Positions 55,770 through 64,000 of a DNA stretch of 64,000 bases are shown one piece after another. Each line of letters opens with the position of its first letter. Within the stretch, counting starts at the first letter, position 1. Source of the stretch: a virus. Lineage: Duplodnaviria; Caudoviricetes. The notes beneath the pieces are model-generated. The model saw nothing but the letters and a program-made list of their open reading frames with translations, was not told where the DNA came from and made no database searches. The stretch covers positions 1,297 through 65,296 of IMG/VR virus record IMGVR_UViG_3300009709_000004; one strand, written 5' to 3'. Both the position numbers and the translations under genes were made by a program.

Positions 55770-56212
55770 TACGTTTCCCAATCGTTCTCTTTGAATGTTT
55801 TGAGCTTACGTTTCGGAACTCGTATATCATCGTCGGGCTTGATACGCTCCATCCCGCTTTTCAGCTCTTTTTTCTCTTTGGCTTCTCCCTGTGCCATGCT
55901 GGGCTTTTCGTATGCGAAGATCAGCCCATGCTTGACGATATCGCTATCCTGATTTTGTTCCAGCCATACTTCCCAAATTTCAGCCGGTACATTAGGCGTC
56001 AAAGCAAACCCGCCGATGACCATGCAGGACGGCGATCGGCCGTGCGGCGCGGCGTTGCCGTTAATCTTGACGCGCGTGCTACCGCCGCCGACCTCCATAT
56101 GCTGTTCTACAGTCCGAATCCCGCCAGGCATGGGCTCGGAAACTTCGGTTTTTTCAAACACCCGCAGAACAATACCCAACGGCAGCTTACACGCCACGGT
56201 CACAACAGACAT
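55769..56212 (-). CDS. Conserved phage protein downstream of the capsid gene
   Basis: VTVACKLP.G, GFALTPNVP..W..W, SGMERI.P. Confidence 0.75.
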   Translation of the reverse strand: MSVVTVACKLPLGIVLRVFEKTEVSEPMPGGIRTVEQHMEVGGGSTRVKINGNAAPHGRSPSCMVIGGFALTPNVPAEIWEVWLEQNQDSDIVKHGLIFAYEKPSMAQGEAKEKKELKSGMERIKPDDDIRVPKRKLKTFKENDWET

Positions 56213-56226
56213 GGATCGTTTCCTGA

Positions 56227-57300
56227 TTAAACGCCAACCATGGAAGCAATGGCGAAAGGCTGCCGCACGACAGCGCCCCAGGTGCCTTGCGTCATTTTCT
56301 GCTTAAAGCTAGACATCGCGCGGATGATCGGATGAGCACGCAGCTTTTCGTTGAAAGCGCAGTACCCCGTATCTTGACCTTCCACGCTCTCGCAAATCAG
56401 CTGCACAAAATTGCCGGCCGCGATACCCTGTGGGTTAGCCGCGCTGATGGCGCCGTACTGAACGGCGGTTTCGATGCGCAAATTGGGAAAGTTCTTTTTC
56501 AGCAGATCGTTGACGTTGACGTTAAAGCTGTTAGTCGCAGTCAAGGCTGTGGCGGAGCTGGGAGACATCGCCAGTACCAGGCGATCCTCCTGCGTAATCA
56601 AGCCGCCCGCCTGCGCTACCAGCTCCAAAAACAAACTTTGAATATCAAGATAGACCTCATTAGCCTGTGCCGCGATGACCCCCGCATTGATCCACTTAAC
56701 ACCGCCATATGCCTTCAACGCTGGTGTCAGACTGGCAGACAGATATGGATCATTCAACAATCCATAGTTCTGCAACCCCTGCACGCCGAAAGCATAGGTG
56801 AAGTTCTGAAATTTGTTCAAAACCAAAATAGCCGCCTCGTTCAGCGCCGCAGCCCATGCGATGCGCGCAAGCCCCGCGCGTTCCATTTCCAGCTCACCAT
56901 ACTCGATGATGGTCTGATACAGATATGACTGCCGCTGCGGGAACTCATAGTTCACGCCGGCATGGCCGTTCTCGGCAAAATCGCCGTAGCTAGACACTTC
57001 GCCGTCGCGTTCCACAAGCGGGAACATGATGGTCTGATCGAGCCACGAACCTTTGCGTACTTCACTGAAGATCGTGGCCAGCTTGTTCGGCGCGATCAAC
57101 ACCTTCAGAATGTTGGGATCGATCATCGTCGTAAGCATCGCCGGGATGCCGCTATTCGGCGTGGTGACAAGCCCCGGCTGGGCGTCCATCGCCAAGCGAA
57201 AATCACGCTTCCATTCCGGGCGAATATAATCCACCGCGTCAGTATAGATGCCCCACTGACTCTGCATTAGGGCAAGTTCGGGATTAACGTGCATTATCAT
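56227..57300 (-). CDS. Major capsid protein (DUF2184)
   Basis: LAMDAQPGLVTTPNSGIP, KGSW, SYGDF..NG, RQSY.YQT…YGELE, GLQNYGLLNDP, TWGAVVRQPFAI. Confidence 0.93.
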   Translation of the reverse strand: MIMHVNPELALMQSQWGIYTDAVDYIRPEWKRDFRLAMDAQPGLVTTPNSGIPAMLTTMIDPNILKVLIAPNKLATIFSEVRKGSWLDQTIMFPLVERDGEVSSYGDFAENGHAGVNYEFPQRQSYLYQTIIEYGELEMERAGLARIAWAAALNEAAILVLNKFQNFTYAFGVQGLQNYGLLNDPYLSASLTPALKAYGGVKWINAGVIAAQANEVYLDIQSLFLELVAQAGGLITQEDRLVLAMSPSSATALTATNSFNVNVNDLLKKNFPNLRIETAVQYGAISAANPQGIAAGNFVQLICESVEGQDTGYCAFNEKLRAHPIIRAMSSFKQKMTQGTWGAVVRQPFAIASMVGV

Positions 57301-57312
57301 TATACTCCTGGA

Positions 57313-58242
57313 TTAGCCTAATGCGTGCGAAGACATCTTGATAAGCTCACCTGCGGCACCGGTAGACATCGCAAACCACTTCGTTTCGATATTCGCGGCA
57401 ACCGTCAGCGTTTCAGACGCCACGGTCTGCGATGGCGAAACGAAGTAGGTACCAGCACCGCCGGTCCCGGTCCCTAGCTGGGCGATATAAGTGCCCGCCG
57501 TCACACCGGTGCCGGTAAGCGTATCGCCCAGCGCCAGCGCGCCGGATGCGACGCTAGTAACCGTCAATGTGCCGTACGTGGCCGTGATGGTGGTAGACGC
57601 TACGGTCTGTTCGGGAATGCTGACGTAGTACGAGCCGATCCCGCCGGCCGTGCCGCTGATCTGCGAAGTGATCTGCGTGCCGCTGGCGACGTTCGCGCCG
57701 GACAAGATCGCGCCGGTCACCAGCGTACCGGATGTGACGCCGGTAACCGTCAGCACATTGCCGGCAATCGAACCTGTCACAGAGGCGGTAGACGCCGCGA
57801 TCGAGCCCGTGACAGAAGCACCGGTAGTCGGATTGCCGGTAGCCGCAAAGTTAATCGCGCCGGTACTGAGGCTAGCATACGCTTTCATTCCGATAGCAAC
57901 TTCATTGCTGCCCGCGTTTTTGACCCAAAAATCGCCGCCGGAGAATAGCACCACAGGAAAGCCCTGCGGAATAACGCTACTGGCTTCCGCCAGATACAGC
58001 GTAATCAGCGCCTGCTGTGATCTGTGCACGAAACCAGTCGGCGCGATCCCGTTGGGCGAATAATTATTGACGGTACCGTTGCCGGCTTCGTCCTGCCAGG
58101 CGAATGTGCCAACAGTCACCCCGTTCGGGCCCGCAACAAAAGCGCCCGGCCCGGCAAGAGCCGTCCATCGGGGATTGGCGCTGGCAAAATCACCCGCCAC
58201 CCCGGGCGCGGGCTGCGTATTAACGACCTGCTGAAACGGCAT
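57313..58242 (-). CDS. Head decoration/cement protein with two inserted beta modules
   Basis: [31 protein letters not shown]. Upstream of the MCP gene. Confidence 0.8.
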   Translation of the reverse strand: MPFQQVVNTQPAPGVAGDFASANPRWTALAGPGAFVAGPNGVTVGTFAWQDEAGNGTVNNYSPNGIAPTGFVHRSQQALITLYLAEASSVIPQGFPVVLFSGGDFWVKNAGSNEVAIGMKAYASLSTGAINFAATGNPTTGASVTGSIAASTASVTGSIAGNVLTVTGVTSGTLVTGAILSGANVASGTQITSQISGTAGGIGSYYVSIPEQTVASTTITATYGTLTVTSVASGALALGDTLTGTGVTAGTYIAQLGTGTGGAGTYFVSPSQTVASETLTVAANIETKWFAMSTGAAGELIKMSSHALG

Positions 58243-58254
58243 GATATGTACTCC

Positions 58255-59772
58255 TTATGCGACCGATTTCAGCCGATAAAAGCCGGGAAACCGTTCTTCG
58301 ATCGATTTTGTGGCCGCCGAGTCATTCGCTAGGGGCGGCGACGAGCGGCGATCATCGCCGGGCTTGGGCTGTGCCAGCAAGATATGCTTGTACGCATCCG
58401 GATGTACGCCGTTCACGCTAATTCCCAGCGTATTGAGCGCAAAACGGAATACATCCTCGGCGGTATCCTGCGCAATCGCTAGATCGCCGATATATGGCCG
58501 CACGATGCGCTCCGCCTCGCGCACGGCCGACTGGCGGGCGCGGTCCTGCGCTAGGGCCACGCCTATCGCGGCATCCATGGCCTTTTTGTCGCGCGCTTTT
58601 CTGTCGCGCCCCTCGCGCATTTTGACCGCGCGTTCCTCGGGCGTCTCATCTTCCTCGGCTTCGTCGCCGGCATCCATCATATCATCTTCGTAATCGTCAT
58701 CTTCTGCGCGGCGATCTTTCGCGGCCTTCATATCGCGCGCTTTCTTATCCTTCGCCGCTTTGTCTTTCGCGGCCTTATCCTTCGCCGCCTTCATGTCACG
58801 CGCCTTTTTATCCTTGGCTTCTTTCTTCTTTTTTTCTTCCTCATCCATATCCTCATCGATGCCGGAATTGGTATCTTCCGGATCGGGATCGCCGGTCAGA
58901 CCCTCGGGGATATCCGCATCTTCGCCTTCGCGATCGAGGCTATCCAGGAAGCCATGCACATCCTCCATGCTGGCATCCTGAGCCAATTTGCCGGCCGCCG
59001 CCGCCATCAGCCGGCGGGCAATGACCGGCTTCGCCTCCGGCCAATTACTGGCCGTAGTGCCCAGCAGGACCGATTTGAGATCGATCTGAGCGTCAGCTGC
59101 AAGCTTAGGCTTGAGGTAGGCACTCAAGGCGCCACGCACATAAATCGCCTTGCCAGAGATAACAGGCTTTGCATTCGGCATTGGGAACTCCTCGACAATA
59201 GTACGGATACGTTTTGAAAGACGCAATGGCATCGCGTCGCCTATAACCACGTCGGGGCCCGCGCGGCCTTCTGCTACGATAGCGACATGGTTGCCGACGA
59301 TGTCGCGCATCACACCATCGTAGTGCTGGCCCAGGAAACTGCCGGGCGACATATCCGGATAATATCCGTAACCGCATGACAGCTGCAATTTGCGGCCGCT
59401 TTCGATGTCGCGGATATCATTGCCGTCCCAGATAACTAAACTGTTGCGCAGATATTCGCCATCAAAGTTAGCATCCGTTCCCGTCGATCCAGCAACAACA
59501 TTCTTATGCGGGTCATCGGCGGATACGCCGATATGCAAGCTCATGATCTGGATGTTGTTGAAGGAATGCGCGGCTTTTCGTAGTTCATCCGACGAACGGT
59601 AAAGATAGTATATCTTATCCGGACGAAGCCCTAATTCCTCCCAAAGAGGTATTTCACTGCCGATATAAGGACAAATGTTGGCCTTTGATATATTAGCCAT
59701 GCGGACATGCAGCCTCTTATATGCATCGTAATAGCGCATAGACGCATCTAGGGCGAGGTTGGCTGATGGCAT
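58255..59772 (-). CDS. DUF2213 prohead protease/scaffold protein
   Basis: ISKANICPY.G.EI, LSCGY.Y.PDM.PG, YDGVMRDIVGNHVAIV..GRAG.DV.IGD, then a charged repeat scaffold region. Confidence 0.9.
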   Translation of the reverse strand: MPSANLALDASMRYYDAYKRLHVRMANISKANICPYIGSEIPLWEELGLRPDKIYYLYRSSDELRKAAHSFNNIQIMSLHIGVSADDPHKNVVAGSTGTDANFDGEYLRNSLVIWDGNDIRDIESGRKLQLSCGYGYYPDMSPGSFLGQHYDGVMRDIVGNHVAIVAEGRAGPDVVIGDAMPLRLSKRIRTIVEEFPMPNAKPVISGKAIYVRGALSAYLKPKLAADAQIDLKSVLLGTTASNWPEAKPVIARRLMAAAAGKLAQDASMEDVHGFLDSLDREGEDADIPEGLTGDPDPEDTNSGIDEDMDEEEKKKKEAKDKKARDMKAAKDKAAKDKAAKDKKARDMKAAKDRRAEDDDYEDDMMDAGDEAEEDETPEERAVKMREGRDRKARDKKAMDAAIGVALAQDRARQSAVREAERIVRPYIGDLAIAQDTAEDVFRFALNTLGISVNGVHPDAYKHILLAQPKPGDDRRSSPPLANDSAATKSIEERFPGFYRLKSVA

Positions 59773-59784
59773 GCTAGAAAACCT

Positions 59785-61281
59785 TTAGGCCGCGAACGTC
59801 AGCGGCGCGCGCCCGCTAGGTACATACGTAGGAAAGTTCATATTGCTCGCGATATACATCTGCGCGGAAGCCGTGCTATCAACGTAGACCTGATATTCCG
59901 GAGATATAGCCGCCGCAAACACAGAATCGCTAAACCACATTTGAGAGTTTATCAGCGCGGCTGCGTTTACGTCATAAGAGCTAACATTATCCGTAGACGG
60001 ACCTATGAAGCAGCCGACATTCCACGTTTTGCAATAGTTATCATCGATTATCGGCCCGCTAGTGGAATTAATAGCGAGGCATAGAACACGAGTACCCCAA
60101 CAATAGTCATGTCCGGTAAAGCAATTATTGGAAGCCGCAGCCGTGTTGAACCCTGCATAGATCGCGACGCACTCAAACTCATGAAAATTTGGCGATGTGT
60201 TGGGTGTAACACCATCCGCTTCATAGGAATGATAGTTGAATGTGTCAGCCTGCCCGGACGCGCCTAGGCATTGGTAGACGTAGACCGTGCAATAACTTTG
60301 AATAGACAAACAGTTGTTATTATTAGACGAACCCTGAAACGAACAATTATTAAAAACGAAGGTCTGCCCGGTAACGGTCGAGACGTTGTACGCGATAAAG
60401 CACGCGCTACCGCCGACAAAATCCAATCCCTCAACATATGTGAACTGATTATTCTGAGAGCCGGCACGCCCATTGTTAACAGAGACGCTGCCGATAACAT
60501 TCGCGTCTGCGGCACGGCCAGTCGGCGTGCTAACATACGTGTTAGTGCCATCATAATAATAACTGCCAGGATTGGCCGCTACCGCCGCGACAGATGTCTG
60601 TAGCGTATAGACCTGATACATCGGCGGGCAGTGGGTGACCGTGTGCACTGTCGCGCCATCGCCGAGAATATACTGGCCATTGACCGTGCATTTCTGCCCA
60701 GCCGGGATGACGAGCGATGGTTGCGACGCCGATGCAATATCGATGACGCTATAGAAGTGCGTCGCGACCTGATAGACGTTGCTATAGGTCCCGTTCTGCG
60801 TCCATGAAGTGGGCGTGGACGCGCCGGTCTGCGTACAGATAAACCGGTAGCCGGTGCGATTAGTTATTACAACGTTCGCGGTTGGCTGGTAATTGCTCCA
60901 TCCCGCACTGCCCAGCGCCACATAGTTCGCCGACAGAACGAGCTGAATGCCGATTGTGACACCCGCGCTGCCTTGGGCAAGCGCATGCCCCAACGTTTTG
61001 AATGCAGCTGACGATGACAATCCGGAATTACTATCCGATCCGTTGACGGGATCAAGATAGTACTGCGTATTGATTGTCGGGATAAGTGATGTAGGATTGA
61101 AATTGTGAACGATCTGCCCGGACGGGAGCCGCCCGACCGTCCACGACGTGGTATAGCCGAAACCGCTTGGTGGCGCGACGGCGGTGTAGGGGCGCGCGGC
61201 GCCATGACCGCGCGCCCAAGCAGGCGATGCGGCGATGGCAAGGGCACTGACCCCGGCTAGGAGCTGTCTACGCCGGATCAT
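59785..61281 (-). CDS. Predicted Tat-exported parallel beta-helix (pectin-lyase-like) protein
   Basis: MIRRRQLLAGVSALAIAASPAWA signal, YYLDPVNGSDSNSGLSSSAAFKTL motif, Asn/Cys-ladder repeats. ATGA-coupled start. Confidence 0.65.
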   Translation of the reverse strand: MIRRRQLLAGVSALAIAASPAWARGHGAARPYTAVAPPSGFGYTTSWTVGRLPSGQIVHNFNPTSLIPTINTQYYLDPVNGSDSNSGLSSSAAFKTLGHALAQGSAGVTIGIQLVLSANYVALGSAGWSNYQPTANVVITNRTGYRFICTQTGASTPTSWTQNGTYSNVYQVATHFYSVIDIASASQPSLVIPAGQKCTVNGQYILGDGATVHTVTHCPPMYQVYTLQTSVAAVAANPGSYYYDGTNTYVSTPTGRAADANVIGSVSVNNGRAGSQNNQFTYVEGLDFVGGSACFIAYNVSTVTGQTFVFNNCSFQGSSNNNNCLSIQSYCTVYVYQCLGASGQADTFNYHSYEADGVTPNTSPNFHEFECVAIYAGFNTAAASNNCFTGHDYCWGTRVLCLAINSTSGPIIDDNYCKTWNVGCFIGPSTDNVSSYDVNAAALINSQMWFSDSVFAAAISPEYQVYVDSTASAQMYIASNMNFPTYVPSGRAPLTFAA

Positions 61282-62651
61282 TGGCCGTCGCACCCATATG
61301 TAGCCGTACCAGACAAAGATGCTCCGTTGAACGTTATGCCGGTGAGATTGTAAGTGACATAAAATCCGCTTAATGCAGAGTTAGGCTCTCCGTGACAATG
61401 ATTGTAGATCGTGAATGCGTTGGTAAACGTCAGCAAGCACGATGTCGGCGAGCCCGTGCCAAACGTTACGCTGCCAGACCAGTCCGTCGCGTTTGCGTCT
61501 GCCGCCGGAGTGCCGCCCCCGCATGCGCTGACGACTGGCTTGACATTGGAACCACTGACAAGATGCTGAACTGAAACATGATCATTTTGATCTATCTCAA
61601 ACGCATGCGCGGAATTGATATCCAGCGCTAGACAGTTCGATGCCGCGCACCCGCTCATGCCCGTGCCGCTCGCCGTGGTCGTGAGCCCGCTCAAATTGTA
61701 TCGGTTGAGCAAGATTGTGGTGACGATGGCCGGAAACGATGCCGAGGTCGTGGCGTTGGCCACGATCGAGGAAGCCGGAAAGGTCGAGAGATACGTACCG
61801 ACCTGCTCGCCTGCTAGGGTGCTAGATGAGGTGACGTAGAAGCGCCAGATGCCGGATTGACCGGAAATCAGATGCGCAGTGGTAAGCTGCGTAATACCGG
61901 AGCCCCACGTAATCGACATATCGTAAGCGGTAGTGTTTTTGGCCGTAAACCAGAACATCTGGCCGACCTGAGGGGTAGTCAGCGCGGCGATAATGTTGGC
62001 CGCGGTGTCGGTGGTATCCGTGAACGCAGCTGTCGGGCCGCTGCGCTGGATGTCGCCACCAGCGATAGCCGACGCCGTCAGCGTAGTATTAGAGGTCGCT
62101 GTGACGCTCGTGCTGGATGCGGTCTGGAAGATGCTCGGCGTGGTGCTGGAATTGATCGTGGATATGCCGCCACCACCCAAACCAGTGACCGACGTGACGC
62201 CGCCTCCGCCGCCCGGGACGATAGCCGTGCACGCATCGCCGAAATAATTGGTGCCGTCCGATACAATGTTGCACTGAGTATTTGGCGCGATCGAGAGTGA
62301 TAATGCGCCTCGGATTGTGCTGCCACTGGGCGTGAGCGTGATGGTACCGGAGGGACTGTCATTGACGATGGTCACGGAGAAGCCGGCGCCGTAGCCGGTT
62401 GTGGTGGGCGCGACGATCGTCCACGCAGATGCTGATGTCCCGGTGTATCGCAGATCAGTGGCGTTGTCGCCGGGCTGGATCGGGTAAGATGTTCCGGTGA
62501 CGGGCGTGCCGCCGTTGCCCAGCAAGGTCGTGGTGGAGATAACTCCCAAGGGGCTTTGCGCCAAGCCGGCGCCGATTGAATAAGGGTTTGCGGCGAACGC
62601 ATGAAGCGCTAGCAGCGAAAGAGATGCAGCGCAGACTATGAGTTTTTTCAT
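61278..62651 (-). CDS. Predicted Sec-exported Thr/Ser/Gly-rich beta protein
   Basis: MKKLIVCAASLSLLALHAFA|A signal peptide, fibre/adhesin-like composition. Confidence 0.6.
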   Translation of the reverse strand: MKKLIVCAASLSLLALHAFAANPYSIGAGLAQSPLGVISTTTLLGNGGTPVTGTSYPIQPGDNATDLRYTGTSASAWTIVAPTTTGYGAGFSVTIVNDSPSGTITLTPSGSTIRGALSLSIAPNTQCNIVSDGTNYFGDACTAIVPGGGGGVTSVTGLGGGGISTINSSTTPSIFQTASSTSVTATSNTTLTASAIAGGDIQRSGPTAAFTDTTDTAANIIAALTTPQVGQMFWFTAKNTTAYDMSITWGSGITQLTTAHLISGQSGIWRFYVTSSSTLAGEQVGTYLSTFPASSIVANATTSASFPAIVTTILLNRYNLSGLTTTASGTGMSGCAASNCLALDINSAHAFEIDQNDHVSVQHLVSGSNVKPVVSACGGGTPAADANATDWSGSVTFGTGSPTSCLLTFTNAFTIYNHCHGEPNSALSGFYVTYNLTGITFNGASLSGTATYGCDGQ

Positions 62652-62653
62652 GA

Positions 62654-63121
62654 TCAAAAAACGCTCCATACGGAGGTAGTGGTATTGGGGTAGAAGACGA
62701 AACCTCCGCCATTAACATCGATTACGGCGGAGCTAAGCCCCGTTGAAAGCGTCCAACCGGCAGCCGGGACGATTGTCTGCGGGTTGGCGCCTTCATTGCC
62801 GTTGGCGCCGCCGACGATGTAAGGCTGACCATTGCCGTTGCCTGCGTTGATGGCGGCGGTTGTCGGCAGCGTAAATGTCGTGATGCCGGAACCTCCCTCG
62901 ATCTGCGTCAATCGGGGAGTACCGGATATCGATGCAGCTGTGCCCGCCGGTAGCGTGACAGGTGCCGCCAGGCCGCCTCCGCCGCCCCCTCCGGACGCTA
63001 GAGCTGCGGCGAGCGTCTGCTGACTGCCGCCTGACGGGGTGACTAGCAGCGTGCCGATCGCCTGGACGCGCAGGTCCGGGGCCGTGACTAGCAATGCATC
63101 ACCGTTAAGGGCGCCGCTCAT
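62654..63121 (-). CDS. Hypothetical Gly/Thr-rich protein
   Basis: 155-aa ORF adjacent to the next gene. Confidence 0.55.
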   Translation of the reverse strand: MSGALNGDALLVTAPDLRVQAIGTLLVTPSGGSQQTLAAALASGGGGGGGLAAPVTLPAGTAASISGTPRLTQIEGGSGITTFTLPTTAAINAGNGNGQPYIVGGANGNEGANPQTIVPAAGWTLSTGLSSAVIDVNGGGFVFYPNTTTSVWSVF

Positions 63122-63181
63122 GCTCGCACCGTGGGGGCTATCCGTGACATGGGGTTTCCTTGATTTTGGGAGAGGCTACAT

Positions 63182-63407
63182 GCCGGTCGGCTTAGCGCCG
63201 GTCGGCCTAGCGATCGGCTTAGCGCCGGTCGGCTTAGCGCCGGTCGGCCTAGCGATCGGCTTAGCGCCGGTCGGCCTAGCGATCGGCTTAGCGCCGGTCG
63301 GCCTAGCGATCGGCTTAGCGAGCGGCTTAGCGAGCGGCTTAGCGCCGGTCGGCCTGGCGCCGGTCGGCCTAGCGATCGGCTTAGCGCCGGTCGGCTTAGC
63401 GCCGGTC
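63182..63407. repeat. Mosaic tandem array of sixteen 12- and 15-bp units
   Basis: Units ggcttagcgccggtc, ggcctagcgatc, ggcttagcgagc. Confidence 0.95.
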
Positions 63408-63484
63408 GCTAGGCCAATGCGTGGCTTGGCTAATAGGGTAGTAGCGCCCGGGTGATGGTCGGCTTCCACGGGCAGATTTGGCGC

Positions 63485-63802
63485 CTAGAAATAGGACACG
63501 GATAGTTGCGCCCCGGTCGGTACCGCCGACAGCGCGATGCCGGTTCCGCAGGGCCACTCTAGCGTAATGATCTGGCCGGACGTCAGCGCCGTGTAGGGTG
63601 CGGAATAGACCTCATTAGTGGCGGAGGCGGATGCTAACGACGCCGTATCATTGAGGGTGAGCGCGCCCGCGCTGCCCGGCGCGATGACAATGAGACGCGC
63701 GATCGCGCCCGGACCTGCCTTGACGACTGTCGCGGCGGTTACGCCCAGCGCGCTACTGCCTCCGCCCGTGTACACGTCCGGGATGCCCGGCGGTAATGTC
63801 AT
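63485..63802 (-). CDS. Hypothetical phage protein
   Basis: 105 aa. VVKAGPGAIARLIV…GALTLND…GIALSAVPTG. Confidence 0.6.
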   Translation of the reverse strand: MTLPPGIPDVYTGGGSSALGVTAATVVKAGPGAIARLIVIAPGSAGALTLNDTASLASASATNEVYSAPYTALTSGQIITLEWPCGTGIALSAVPTGAQLSVSYF

Positions 63803-63840
63803 GTTTTTATGATCCTAAACTGGATTTAACATATATGGCG

Positions 63841-63869
63841 TTGACGGCAGTACAGAACAACGCTATATA
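63841..63869 (+). promoter_or_regulatory. Sigma70 promoter
   Basis: TTGACG-N17-TATATA. Confidence 0.75.
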
Positions 63870-63921
63870 AACAACAGCAGCAGGCGATCATGTTCTGCTA
63901 GATTTACCGGAGGGTAATATC

Positions 63922-64000
63922 ATGACGAAGTTTCATGTTATGCGCGGCGACTATCTCGTTAACGGCTATATCAGTGACTTGCACGGGCGTCGGCTGTACG
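63922..64000 (+). CDS. Start of a hypothetical gene (3'-truncated by window edge)
   Basis: Leader tttaccggagggtaa identical to that of the gene at 31071. Begins MTKFHVMRGDY. Confidence 0.5.
   Translation, partial: MTKFHVMRGDYLVNGYISDLHGRRLY

Noticed and set aside
757-63812. Numerous antisense or overlapping ORFs in the six-frame track (e.g. 26155-27018, 38037-38633, 56287-56928, 57650-58063)
   Set aside because: Shadow ORFs of well-supported genes in GC-rich sequence, with no motifs.
1-64000. tRNA, rRNA, integrase, transposase, protelomerase, intron or intein
   Set aside because: No cloverleaf, catalytic motif or insertion signature was recognised by eye. A tRNAscan/HMM run would be needed to exclude them formally.

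Overview
This window is nearly all of a ~64+ kb dsDNA tailed phage genome (contractile tail). The morphogenesis genes are of the Bcep781/PB1-like type: DUF1073 portal, DUF2213 head protein, DUF2184 capsid, DUF3383 sheath, baseplate J. Gene content suggests an alphaproteobacterial host (inference). Layout: (i) 618-5382, minus strand: HTH, RfaH/NusG paralog, TerS, TerL, portal. (ii) 5400-6240: non-coding origin-like region with 19-bp iterons and several long inverted repeats. (iii) 6263-30314, plus strand: replication/recombination module with m4C MTase, primase, sliding clamp, UDG-fused PolA, clamp loader, SSB, RecA, resolvase, m6A MTase, SbcDC, QueE, DnaB and an SNF2 helicase. (iv) 30340-36434: small early genes behind near-consensus sigma70 promoters overlapped by palindromes. 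(v) 36486-63802, minus strand: head, neck, tail, baseplate and lysis genes. The head operon appears to run across the window edges, interrupted by a plus-strand ArdC cassette. No integrase, ParA/ParB, protelomerase, tRNA or CRISPR array was seen. Most notable observations: a complete HiPIP [4Fe-4S] domain fused to the portal C-terminus behind an A-x-D motif that recurs in the head proteins; an RfaH-like gene with an ops-like element heading the late operon; a perfect chromosomal parS site; a perfect 76-bp inverted repeat carrying two divergent promoters; Tat- and Sec-signal proteins inside the head cluster; and a dispersed family of covarying long hairpins.
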